DNA from: an uncultured Candidatus Saccharibacteria bacterium
GTDB lineage: Bacteria > Patescibacteriota > WWE3 > UBA101185 > UBA10185
Length of the DNA: 55,347 nucleotides
Assembly (NCBI GenBank): GCA_964643995.1
Contig: CAZXUJ010000005.1
Location: forward strand, 1-55,347
Direction: 5' to 3'
In this document: positions 1-12,067 of the stretch, piece by piece
Layout: each line of letters opens with the position of its first letter
Numbering within the stretch: position 1 is the stretch's first letter
The notes under the pieces: model-generated
What the model was told of the DNA's origin: nothing
Databases searched by the model: none
The model's input: the letters and a program-made list of their open reading frames with translations, nothing else
Program-made: the position numbers and the translations under genes

Positions 1-280
1 AAAACAAATCATCTAGCCTTGTATCTACATGAACAAATACATGGTCTGGTTGGTTTTCATACCCGTTGTAAGCAACACTCAAAATCTCGTACAGTTTGAT
101 ATGAACAGCAATATAAAAATATTCAATCCATTTTTTACTAAGTTTAGGGATATCTCTACCATTTCCAAGCATTTCCATATATTCATCGCCACGTTTATTA
201 TCCCTGAAAAGAAACCTATCAAAAGGAGATAAAACTATATTTATTAATTTGTCTAAAAAACTGACCTTTTCCTTGTACAT
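1..280 (-). CDS. hypothetical protein, partial (runs off the window start)
   Basis: The reverse-strand frame is open from the ATG at 280-278 (MYKEKVSFLDKLINIVLSPFDRF...) to position 1. It is absent from the ORF track because it has no stop inside the window. The listed + ORF 29..232 is its antisense shadow. Confidence 0.4.
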   Translation of the reverse strand, partial: MYKEKVSFLDKLINIVLSPFDRFLFRDNKRGDEYMEMLGNGRDIPKLSKKWIEYFYIAVHIKLYEILSVAYNGYENQPDHVFVHVDTRLDDLF

Positions 281-344
281 AAGCTTTGGAGTAGGGCAGT
301 TTACTAACAGGCATTGTACAATTAACCTTGTTTTTCGCCAACTC

Positions 345-409
345 CCCACCACAAGATTGGAAATTTTACCACCCCCTTTGGGGGCGGTTGTTTTCTTTTA
401 TGTGGTGGG
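345..409 (+). promoter_or_regulatory. nested hairpin / terminator-like leader upstream of the methyltransferase gene
   Basis: Outer 9-bp inverted repeat CCCACCACA (345-353) / TGTGGTGGG (401-409). It encloses a GC-rich hairpin ACCACCCC-CTTT-GGGGCGGT (368-388) followed by TGTTTTCTTTT. Confidence 0.3.
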
Positions 410-435
410 ATAGTTGTCTATGTTAATATTATTGC

Positions 436-1122
436 ATGTCGGAAAGAAATTTATTTGCTGAACAAGCTGAAATAAATAGACAAGTTAATGATTTGGAATT
501 CAAGTTAGCAGGGCTTTGTCAACATGGTATGGATATTATTGGAGAAGAATTACGAGGATTTCCCGAAGAACTGAAAGGTGGGGTTATTGAGTTTCTTAAA
601 TCAAGGTCTAATCCTCTTGTAATAGATTGTGGGGCAGGTGCTGGAAATGTAGGGCAGGAGTTAAGTTCAGTTGCAAGATGTATTAATATTGATTTATTTC
701 CCAATGCAAAAGAAAAAGTTGCTACAATACAAGGGGACTTAAATGATTCTATCCCAGTCAGTAGGGAGGTTGCAGATTTGTCTTTATCTTTATATGTTAT
801 GCGCTATTTAGAAAACCCCCTTGAGCATTTAAATGACCTAATTAGAATTACAAAGCAGGGAGGATTTGTTGTAATAAATGGAATATCTGCAATTAGATTT
901 GAGAGAAATGGTGAGGAATACAGATATTTTACTGATTGGAATGATAAAACAGACAATGCGCGCGCTACTTTATGGGCAAAAGATGATTGGTTAATTATTA
1001 AAGTCAATGACCCAACATTTCAATTTGATGGAGTATTAATACCAGAGCATTCTTATACTATAAAAAATAATAGTGAACCTAAGGAGATTATTGATAGGGC
1101 ACATTTTGTATATGCTATGTGA
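436..1122 (+). CDS. class I SAM-dependent methyltransferase-like protein
   Basis: 228-aa ORF with a glycine-rich motif I, VIDCGAGAGNVGQE, followed by an acidic beta-2 end (NIDLF). Substrate unknown. Confidence 0.6.
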   Translation: MSERNLFAEQAEINRQVNDLEFKLAGLCQHGMDIIGEELRGFPEELKGGVIEFLKSRSNPLVIDCGAGAGNVGQELSSVARCINIDLFPNAKEKVATIQGDLNDSIPVSREVADLSLSLYVMRYLENPLEHLNDLIRITKQGGFVVINGISAIRFERNGEEYRYFTDWNDKTDNARATLWAKDDWLIIKVNDPTFQFDGVLIPEHSYTIKNNSEPKEIIDRAHFVYAM

Positions 1123-1142
1123 TAGGATACATGGATAGGTAT

Positions 1143-1171
1143 GTTCCAATATCGCCCCATGCCCTCCGCCA
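1143..1171 (+). repeat. C-rich intergenic motif, copy A (GTTCCAA..CCCAyGC.C.CCGCCA)
   Basis: GTTCCAATATCGCCCCATGCCCTCCGCCA matches copy B at 21 of 29 positions without gaps. It ends 21 nt before the start codon at 1193. Confidence 0.5.
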
Positions 1172-1192
1172 AAAAATGCTAACATTTATACT

Positions 1193-1396
1193 ATGTATAA
1201 GGTAATAAAACTATTGGTACTATTTCTTTTAATAATGTTTACTATACTCACTGTTTTATTCAGACAACAAATAGGATTTCCAAATGTTCATCCAATATAT
1301 GCTGATTGTATAGGTATAAAAAGGGAAAAAACTGATGAGTCAGGTACTAAAAGAATTTATTGTTACGGTTTTATATATAACTATTGGTTAGAGTAA
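1193..1396 (+). CDS. small membrane-anchored hypothetical protein
   Basis: 67-aa ORF with a hydrophobic N-terminal helix (LLVLFLLIMFTILTVLF). No recognisable domain. Confidence 0.4.
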   Translation: MYKVIKLLVLFLLIMFTILTVLFRQQIGFPNVHPIYADCIGIKREKTDESGTKRIYCYGFIYNYWLE

Positions 1397-1401
1397 AATA
1401 A

Positions 1402-1430
1402 GTTCCAAGTGCATCCCACGCACCCCGCCA
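1402..1430 (+). repeat. C-rich intergenic motif, copy B
   Basis: GTTCCAAGTGCATCCCACGCACCCCGCCA ends 22 nt before the start codon at 1453. Same orientation and spacing as copy A. Confidence 0.5.
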
Positions 1431-1452
1431 TGGTACGTGGTAATATATTTTT

Positions 1453-1674
1453 ATGGATTTTAAACCAGGAATTTATCAGCATTATAAGGGTCAGAAATAC
1501 TTAGCTATCGGTGTTGCAAAGCACAGTGAAACTCTAGAGGAGTTTGTATGTTACATCCCTCTTTATGACAATGATGAAAGTAAGATATGGGTAAGACCTC
1601 TGGCAATGTTTATGGAAGAGGTAGAGATAGACGGTGTTAAAAAACCAAGATTTACATTTTTAAGTAGCTACTAA
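1453..1674 (+). CDS. DUF1653-like small protein
   Basis: 73 aa. YQHYKGQKYLAIGVAKHSETLEEFVCYIPLY...WVRPLAMF matches my recollection of the DUF1653 signature (YxHYKG...HSET...VxY...WVRPxxMF). Confidence 0.6.
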   Translation: MDFKPGIYQHYKGQKYLAIGVAKHSETLEEFVCYIPLYDNDESKIWVRPLAMFMEEVEIDGVKKPRFTFLSSY

Positions 1675-1675
1675 T

Positions 1676-2014
1676 ATGGAACACCGCATACTCCTCACAC
1701 AACAAGAAGCGTTTGAACTCAGTAAGAAACTCAAGTTTTTGAAATCTTCCTGGGTTAAAGATGAATACACAGGTACTAAACGTATTCGCATTGACGAGAG
1801 TGGCGAGGTGAGAGAAAAGGACTACCCTATTCCCGCTACCGGTACTACTGTAAGAATTTCATCAAAATGCGAACTTGGTGATATTAAGGATATTTGGTTT
1901 GAGGTTAAATGGACGGGGGACACTGTAAGGTTTGAGATTGAGTTTGAGGGCGAGGTTCCAGATGAGTTTAAAGACCGCCCAAACATTGCGGGTTGGGATA
2001 TTCTCCGAGATTAA
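1676..2014 (+). CDS. hypothetical protein
   Basis: 112-aa ORF starting 2 nt after the previous stop. No recognisable motif. Confidence 0.5.
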   Translation: MEHRILLTQQEAFELSKKLKFLKSSWVKDEYTGTKRIRIDESGEVREKDYPIPATGTTVRISSKCELGDIKDIWFEVKWTGDTVRFEIEFEGEVPDEFKDRPNIAGWDILRD

Positions 2015-2084
2015 AAAAAGAAAATTGCACACATCTAATTTGGATGTTTGAGGTTTGCACCTCTAGTGCATAGTTTTTGCGCCG

Positions 2085-2399
2085 TTAGCCATATGGTTCT
2101 GGATTAACTTGCCCGAAAAAGATCTCCAATTGCCATTTGTAGCCAGCATCAGGCGAAAAATTTTCAACATCTGCTCCTCGCCACATTTGGGATATTGTCT
2201 CGTCTGCCCCGACTTCACGTAGTTTGTCAAAGGCCTTATGGCCAAGCAGTTCCATCATTGCGCGCAAAACCACAATGGGGAGTGAGACTTTGAGAGCTTC
2301 TATCAGATCCGGGACCGCAGTATGTTCCAAACGATATAATTCCTCTACCGAAAACTGCCTAGTCACCGATTTCAGCCAGCATACGTTTCCATCACTCAT
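2085..2399 (-). CDS. hypothetical protein
   Basis: 104-aa ORF convergent with 1676..2014. The + ORF 2224..2439 is its shadow. Confidence 0.5.
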   Translation of the reverse strand: MSDGNVCWLKSVTRQFSVEELYRLEHTAVPDLIEALKVSLPIVVLRAMMELLGHKAFDKLREVGADETISQMWRGADVENFSPDAGYKWQLEIFFGQVNPEPYG

Positions 2400-2486
2400 G
2401 ATTTTTTCTATCTCCTTGTATTACTCCGATATCTTATAGTAAGTACGGGCATTATTACCACATTTTAAACCTGATATCATGTCCAT

Positions 2487-2909
2487 ATGAATATTTTTGA
2501 AGAAATCCACAAACTGAATTTACCACCGGATAGTTATGTTGTTGTGGGAAGTGGCCACTTGATTGCCCTTGGGCTTAAGGAAGGCACTGATGTTGATATT
2601 GTGGTTACCCCTGAGTTATTTGAGAAATGTTGCAGGGATGACTCATGGGAGCAGGTTCCATGGACATATCCCGAGAAACTTGGGCAGATTTTTCTCCGCC
2701 GAGGTATTGTGGAACTTTATCTTGATGTTAATGCGGGAGATTTTAACCCCTCTACGGCAGAACTTATCGAGCGAGCAGTTATAATAAACAACGTCCCATT
2801 TGCATCGCTAGAGGACATTCTTGCATTAAAGAAAGAATATTTAAAAACTAGGCCGAAACACCAAAAAGATATTGAATTAATAGAGCAATACATTCAATCA
2901 CTAAACTAA
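2487..2909 (+). CDS. minimal nucleotidyltransferase-fold protein
   Basis: 140 aa. The N-terminal VVGSGHL...GTDVDIVV matches the GS...DxD signature of Pol-beta-type nucleotidyltransferases (aminoglycoside/lincosamide NTase-like). Confidence 0.5.
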   Translation: MNIFEEIHKLNLPPDSYVVVGSGHLIALGLKEGTDVDIVVTPELFEKCCRDDSWEQVPWTYPEKLGQIFLRRGIVELYLDVNAGDFNPSTAELIERAVIINNVPFASLEDILALKKEYLKTRPKHQKDIELIEQYIQSLN

Positions 2910-2927
2910 AACCTGTATAATTTACCC

Positions 2928-3755
2928 ATGCCCGAGATTTCGCTGAAACCGGAAGTGATTGCTCACCTAGGTTCGATTGATATTACCAATACTCTACTAA
3001 GTTCTGTTTTGATGTTTTCAGTTTTGTTTTTGGTGCTTTTTTTGGTTTCACGAAGCTTGAGTGTTGCTAAACCTTCTACCACACAGCTTTTTGTTGAGAC
3101 AGTTTATGATGGATTAGGAGGGATGTTTAAGGAAATCACCAGTCATCATTACTACAATTCCTATCTTTTTAGTTTTGTTTTTTCGTTTTTTATTTACATC
3201 GTCGCTTCAAATTGGTTTGGTTTGCTACCTTTTGTCAGTACGTTCGGACAAATCCATGAAAACAAAGAACATGTTGAGACGAGCACTTCGGAGGCTACAG
3301 TTATGGGGTGTATCAGAGAACGAGATTGCGTGTTAGACAGTACAGGCCATATTCAAAGAACAAATCATTTGGTTCCGGTTTTTCGTGCACCAACGTCAGA
3401 CTTGTCAGTGACCATGGCATTGGCACTTCTTTCGGTTTTTGCAACAAATATTTTAGGAATCCATTACATAGGGTTTAGCTATTTAAAAAAGTATTTTGAT
3501 TTTTCTAGCGGTATTAACTTTTTTGTTGGAATTTTGGAAATGATCTCGGAAATTGGCAAAATCATTTCCTTTTCCTTTCGATTGTTTGGTAACATATTTG
3601 CAGGAGAAGTACTGCTCACCGTTATTAGTTTTATCTCTTTTGGTGTGGCAACTTTACCTTTCATCGGACTTGAGTTTTTTATAGGAATTATTCAAGCTCT
3701 TGTGTTTTTTATGTTGACGACTGTTTTTATTAGTTTAGCTGCGGACAAACATTAA
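2928..3755 (+). CDS. atpB: F0F1 ATP synthase subunit a
   Basis: Polytopic membrane protein with the conserved FSFRLFGNIFAGE arginine motif and PTSDLSVTMALA. First gene of the atp operon. Carries an extra loop of about 40 aa (see findings). Confidence 0.9.
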   Translation: MPEISLKPEVIAHLGSIDITNTLLSSVLMFSVLFLVLFLVSRSLSVAKPSTTQLFVETVYDGLGGMFKEITSHHYYNSYLFSFVFSFFIYIVASNWFGLLPFVSTFGQIHENKEHVETSTSEATVMGCIRERDCVLDSTGHIQRTNHLVPVFRAPTSDLSVTMALALLSVFATNILGIHYIGFSYLKKYFDFSSGINFFVGILEMISEIGKIISFSFRLFGNIFAGEVLLTVISFISFGVATLPFIGLEFFIGIIQALVFFMLTTVFISLAADKH

Positions 3756-4010
<255 letters not shown>

Positions 4011-4016
4011 GGAAAT

Positions 4017-4466
4017 ATGGAAGCTTTGGGCATAAATATTGTAAATCTGTCTATAAATTTGATTTTGTTTATTGTTTTCTTTTTGTTGTTGCACAGGCTG
4101 GTTTTAAAAAAGCTTGGTGAAACTCTAGCTGCGAGAAAAAAAACTATCAGTGAAGGTCTCGAAAATTACACTAAGTCTAAAGAAATTCTAGTAAAAGTAG
4201 ATAACGAAAAAAACGAGATTGTACTAAACGCTAAAGCTGAAGCGGAGGAAATTATAAGACAATCTAAAAAATCCGCAGAAGTTATGGCAAGAGAGATACT
4301 TAAGAAGGCAGAGGAAGAAGTAAAAGCAATGAGAAACAAAATGGATGTTGTACTAGAAGCTCAAAAACAGAGGCTCGATCAAGAATATAAACAAAGATAT
4401 GAGTCAGATCTAAAACTGGCACTCGAAAATATCCTGAAAGAAACCGAAAGCTTAAAGCTAAAATGA
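4017..4466 (+). CDS. atpF: F0F1 ATP synthase subunit b
   Basis: N-terminal TM helix followed by a long charged coiled-coil. Position between c and delta. TGA stop overlaps the next ATG (ATGA). Confidence 0.85.
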   Translation: MEALGINIVNLSINLILFIVFFLLLHRLVLKKLGETLAARKKTISEGLENYTKSKEILVKVDNEKNEIVLNAKAEAEEIIRQSKKSAEVMAREILKKAEEEVKAMRNKMDVVLEAQKQRLDQEYKQRYESDLKLALENILKETESLKLK

Positions 4467-4816
4467 TCAAGGAAACTGCTGCCAAACTTTTTATACTATC
4501 AAAAGGTAAAAATGCAGATTCAACCCTGCATGTTCTGGAAGTTCTATCGCTAGTAGAAAAGCAGGATTTAACAAAGGTACTAGATGAGTATAAAAATATT
4601 GTTCAAGGTGATCTTAAAGTCGTTCAGATATTTAGCGCAACGGAGATTTCAAAAAAAGCCAAAACTCCAATAGAAAAAGCTTTGAAGGAAACCCATGAAA
4701 ACTTAGTTTTTTTGTATTTTGAAGACAAAAGTTTGTTAGGTGGATTGATGGTAAAAATTGGCGATGATGTGGTGGATGAAACCGTTTTGAGCAAAATAAG
4801 AAAGTTTAAGGTTTAG
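4463..4816 (+). CDS. atpH: F0F1 ATP synthase subunit delta (short, 117 aa)
   Basis: Operon position. The C-terminal [25 protein letters not shown] resembles the OSCP/delta C-terminal domain. The N-terminal domain is strongly shortened. Confidence 0.7.
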   Translation: MIKETAAKLFILSKGKNADSTLHVLEVLSLVEKQDLTKVLDEYKNIVQGDLKVVQIFSATEISKKAKTPIEKALKETHENLVFLYFEDKSLLGGLMVKIGDDVVDETVLSKIRKFKV

Positions 4817-4818
4817 GT

Positions 4819-6257
4819 ATGAAGTTTATAAATACCGGCAAGGTAGCTCAAGTACGAGATGGCATAGTTTTTGCGAGTGGTCTGTCTGGTGCTGGTTACA
4901 ATGAAAAGGTAAATATTGTTACAACAGAAGGTAACGTACAGGGGTTGGTTCTAAATCTGGAAGAAGATAATACCGGTATCGTAATACTTGGTGATTATTT
5001 GAAGGTCCGTGAGGGAGATATCATCGAAACTACCGGCGAGTTGCTAGATATTAAGGTCAACGATAATGTTATCGGTAAAGCTGTGGATCCTCTTGGATAT
5101 TCTATCGAAGGTAGAAAAGCCGAGGTAAGCCCAAACGGTAAACCAATGCCTTTAGAGCTGACAGCACCTGGGGTGATAGAACGAAAAAACGTAACCCAAC
5201 CTTTGTTAACCGGAATATTGGGAATTGATGCAGTTATACCTATTGGTAGAGGGCAAAGACAATTGATTATTGGGGATCGTCAAACGGGTAAAACTACACT
5301 ATGTTTGGATACTATTCTCAATCAAAAAGGTAAGGATGTAATTTGCATATATGTATCTGTTGGACAAAAGGCTTCGAAACTCGCCCAACTCAAAGAAAAA
5401 CTATCAAACTCAGGTGCAATGGCCTATACGATAATTGTTTCAGCAAATGCTACTGACCCGGCTTCTATGCAATACATCGCACCTTATGCTGGATGCGCCA
5501 TTGGGGAATATTTTGCAGGTCAAGGTAAGCATGCTTTGGTAATTTATGACGACTTAACAAAACATGCATGGGCTTATAGGGAGATCTCTTTGCTGCTGCG
5601 ACGGCCTCCCGGGCGTGAAGCTTACCCAGGAGACATTTTTTATCTTCATTCAAGACTTTTGGAAAGATCACTTCAGTTTTCGGATGAGCTTGGTGGGGGC
5701 TCGATCACAGCTTTACCTGTTGTAGAGACTCAAGCAGGTGATGTATCTGCATATGTACCAACAAACATAATTTCTATCACTGATGGACAAATCTTTCTTG
5801 ACACTGAACTTTTTAATTCGGGACAATTACCCGCTATAAACTTTGGGACTTCGGTGTCAAGAGTTGGTGGTGAGGCACAAGTTAAAGTAATGAAACAGTT
5901 GGCGGGAAAACTAAAGCTAGAGTTAGCACAATATCGTGAGATTCAGGCCTTTGCACAATTTGGCTCTGAAATGGACAAAGAAACAAAAGCAAAACTTTCA
6001 CGTGGGGAAAAGATAATGGAACTTTTGAAACAACCACAACTCACACCATACCAACCAGAGCATGAAATCATAGCTTTATTTTGCGGAGTATCCGGTTTAC
6101 TAGACGAAGTAGAAACTTCTAAAATCCAAGAGACCTTACCAAGACTTTTAACACAGGCTACCAAATCACAAACAATAGTAAACAACGCGCTGGAAAAAAA
6201 CGAAAAACTTACGGACCAGCAACTGGAAGAAATTAAAAGCGAATTAAAGAAATATTT

Positions 6258-6261
<4 letters not shown>
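4819..6261 (+). CDS. atpA: F0F1 ATP synthase subunit alpha
   Basis: Walker A GDRQTGKT, plus the typical alpha motifs [26 protein letters not shown]. An in-frame TAA at 4807-4809 prevents any upstream extension. Confidence 0.95.
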
Positions 6262-8869
<2,608 letters not shown>

Positions 8870-8883
<14 letters not shown>

Positions 8884-10639
8884 TACGTACACCACCTAAA
8901 TCTTCGTAATCAAAGTCATGATGGCCATGAATAGCACCGATAAATATTCTGTTTCTATGAATATGGCGTTTTTTAGAGTAATGAGCTATTGCTAGTGGTC
9001 CAAACTCTTCGGGTAGGTAGTCAAAATCGATCTTGAAATGAGGAAAAACGCCTGCTTTACTCAATGCTGGCAGAAGACGTTTTATACTATCGCGTTCTTC
9101 AGCATCACCATCACAATGGACAATTCTTACATGAGTACCAGTTTCGTTATCATGCACATACTTTAGGGTCGGGTAAAGCCTATTAGCATGGTGTATGAAA
9201 ATATAGTACTTAGATGACAGTGTAGCTCGGTGGATAGCGTCCAACCATTTGTGCAAAACCTTAGAAAATTTAAACATGCCCATCAGGTATCTAAGGACTT
9301 TATCCTTGAAGATTACTACCATGACAAAAGCTAAAGCAGGAATGAAGTACATTAAGAAATAAAACACATTGTTAAAATCAATTGCGGCATTGCCCAATAT
9401 TCCCAAAGCAGTAGCCCCCGCGGCTACCAAAACAAACATTAACGGCGCACGATATGAGCGCTTAAGCTCGGGGCGAGTTTTTCGCAGAATCAGATTACCC
9501 AGAGCAAACATAGTCATAACACCTAGAAAGCTAATTGCATAAACACCCGCCAATGACAGTAGGTTACCTTTTGTAACCAGCAAAATCGAGGTGCACAAAG
9601 CAAAAAACATTATCAATATTCTAGGGTTAGAACCATGCTCATTTTCTTTCAAGAGAAATTCTGGTAAACACTCGTCCAAAGACATACGCTTAATGAGCCC
9701 AGAGACTCCAACATAACTGGTAAGAACAGCTCCACAAAGAACCAAAAATGCATCAACTGCTACTAGTCCTAACAAAGGCATACCACCTAAGACCAACGAG
9801 ACTTCCGCAAGAATAAAGTCTTTTGCCGCAATAACTTCGGATATAGGTACGGCACTCAGCACAACATAGGCTATTAGTGGGTTAAATATAGCCACTCCAA
9901 GAAGCATATTGCGCAGAGTCTTTTTGAAAACACCAGAAGCCTGTTCCTCAACAAAATTTGCAGAACTCTCAAAACCAGAAACGCCCAATAATGAAGCCGC
10001 AAAAGCGATGAATATCATAGACAACATGCCACCTTGCTTGACTAATATATTAGAAGTTTCAATTACATTTAGCTCACGAACACCTCCTACCGTGTAAATC
10101 TTGTAAAAACCAAAAATCACGAAGCATGTCAAAACAAGTATATGAAATAGAAATATGGCCGCCGCAACTTTTGCTGAATCCTTTACGCCTTTTATTACAA
10201 GTATTGCAAAACTTAACAATATTAGAACTATTGTTGGGATAAGAAGATGGTGAAAAATTGTCACTGAAGGTAGTAATTCTTCTAAAAATTTAAATAGATA
10301 CTCAACAGCAGTTTTTGCAGAAATAACAGCGGTTGCAATATACGAAAGAATTGTCATAACCCCAGCAATGGCCGCAACCGGCTTATTGGTCCCATTAAGT
10401 AAAGCATTGTAGGCACCACCGTTAATGGGTAAAGATTCTACGACCTCGCGATATACAGAACGGTAAAAGAATAAAACAGAAGCGACCATTAACAAAACTA
10501 AGGGTGCATAAATACCAGAAAAAATAATTGCAATACCTGAAACATATAATGCGGAACTTAAAATATCGTTACCACAAATGGCAGTGGAAAAAAATTCCCC
10601 AAGTTTACTGTGGTGATGAGTGGCTAATTCTTTTTGCAC
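8870..10639 (-). CDS. APC-superfamily permease with a C-terminal cytoplasmic domain
   Basis: 589 aa with about 12 predicted TM helices. The N-terminal CGNDILSSALYVSG is typical of APC-type permeases, followed by a soluble His-rich tail of about 130 aa. Confidence 0.7.
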
Positions 10640-10729
10640 AAATTAATGATATGCGCGTATACATAACCTAGCAATACCTAACAAATGGAAATGTTGTCAA
10701 ACCATATATAAAAATTATATGATTGTAAT

Positions 10730-11320
10730 ATGCAGATAATTGATGTAACTAATTTTTTTGGATTGTCAAAACCCGAAGATAAAGATCCCGTTGACATCCA
10801 AACTCCAAAAGCCCTAAAAACAGAGATTGAAGAGGAAAGAAAAGTCTTTTACGCATGGGAAGCGATGGCTAGACCAGAGTTAAAATCCATAAGCAAGAAG
10901 AAACTTAAAACATTGACAGTTGTTGGTGTTGGAATCTGTGTTGTACTAATTGCTATGCAAGAATTTTTCCTAATTCTTGGTGTTTTAAGCCTAATATTCG
11001 TAAGCTACATGTTAACTCACACACCACCAGAAAGTGTTAAATATGAACTTACAAACAAAGGCGTAAAATTCGGTGAAATATTTTATAACTGGACAAACCT
11101 GAAATACTTCTTCTTCACAAACGAAGCTGGTGTTGATGCAGTGGCTATAGACACTGTAAACACAGTACCGGCAAGACTTTACCTGACAATAAAAGCAGGA
11201 GATCGCGATCGGGTACATGAACTCTTAGCACAATATGTAAACTACTTAGAGCAAGCTCCAAAAACTTTTGTAGACAGAGCATATGGTTCTGTGATGGACA
11301 AACTCGATCTAAACGACTAA
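10730..11320 (+). CDS. membrane protein, hypothetical
   Basis: 196-aa ORF with a central TM hairpin (LTVVGVGICVVLIAMQEFFLILGVLSLIFV). No enzymatic motif. Confidence 0.5.
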   Translation: MQIIDVTNFFGLSKPEDKDPVDIQTPKALKTEIEEERKVFYAWEAMARPELKSISKKKLKTLTVVGVGICVVLIAMQEFFLILGVLSLIFVSYMLTHTPPESVKYELTNKGVKFGEIFYNWTNLKYFFFTNEAGVDAVAIDTVNTVPARLYLTIKAGDRDRVHELLAQYVNYLEQAPKTFVDRAYGSVMDKLDLND

Positions 11321-11371
11321 ATATAACTTTTTCAAGATTTACTGATAAAATGTACACTTAGAAAACGGTAA

Positions 11372-11447
11372 GCACCCGTAGCTCAGTGGATAGAGCACAA
11401 CGTTGCGGACGTTGGGGTCGGGGGTTCAAGTCCCTCCGGGTGCGCCA
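11372..11447 (+). tRNA. tRNA-Arg (anticodon GCG)
   Basis: 76-nt cloverleaf folded by hand: acceptor GCACCCG/CGGGTGC, D arm GCTC/GAGC, anticodon stem CAACG/CGTTG with loop TTGCGGA, T arm GGGGG-TTCAAGT-CCCTC, discriminator G, encoded CCA. Confidence 0.9.
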
Positions 11448-11506
11448 TGTAATCCTAATGAACCAGTCTTCTTGTAACTCTCACAAACCATATATATAAT
11501 TTATTC

Positions 11507-12052
11507 ATGGCACCGTTTAGGGAAGGCTCTGAACCTACTGTTACCGAAGAAACTTTAAAACCACAGACTATGGACGAAAGGGGTAATCCTATAGATGAGG
11601 TTTTGTTTGGACCGATTTTTGATGAAAACGATTTTGGAAGGCTTATTCTAAGTGGAATGTGGAAAGACAATATATTTGAAGAGAATATAGCGGACGCAAC
11701 AGGAAACTCAGTGATTAGATTTGTAACACGTCAAAAATTTGAAGAGCTGAAGCACGCGGCACAAGACAACATAGGTGATACCGTAAAAACACAATACACC
11801 TTACCTGAAGATATCACACCACGGGAATTCATAGGCTTTATTCATAAAGTATATGAATCATCACAAGCATATTATTCTGTAGAGCAAATACTGGCACAAA
11901 GACTATATTCAACAAATCAGCACTTACAACAAATAAAACAGCTGGCACATACACAGCTTAACAAGGGTGAACATGAGGGTATCTTAACAGGCATCGACCA
12001 AATAGCTGATGGGGTAAACAAGTTCGTAACTGGACTGGGTCTTGAGAACTAA
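11507..12052 (+). CDS. hypothetical protein
   Basis: 181-aa ORF downstream of tRNA-Arg. No recognisable motif. Confidence 0.5.
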   Translation: MAPFREGSEPTVTEETLKPQTMDERGNPIDEVLFGPIFDENDFGRLILSGMWKDNIFEENIADATGNSVIRFVTRQKFEELKHAAQDNIGDTVKTQYTLPEDITPREFIGFIHKVYESSQAYYSVEQILAQRLYSTNQHLQQIKQLAHTQLNKGEHEGILTGIDQIADGVNKFVTGLGLEN

Positions 12053-12067
12053 GCACATAACAGTGAT

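Noticed and set aside
29-232. 67-aa + ORF at the window start
   Set aside because: The opposite strand is open across the whole region from an ATG at 280 to the window edge and gives a more protein-like sequence. The + ORF is treated as a shadow.
2075-2095. TTAGCCATATGG resembling the island repeat core CAGCCATATATCC
   Set aside because: The similarity is short and lies inside the last codons of ORF 2085..2399 (PEPYG-stop). None of the flanking repeat sequence is present, so it is most likely coincidence.
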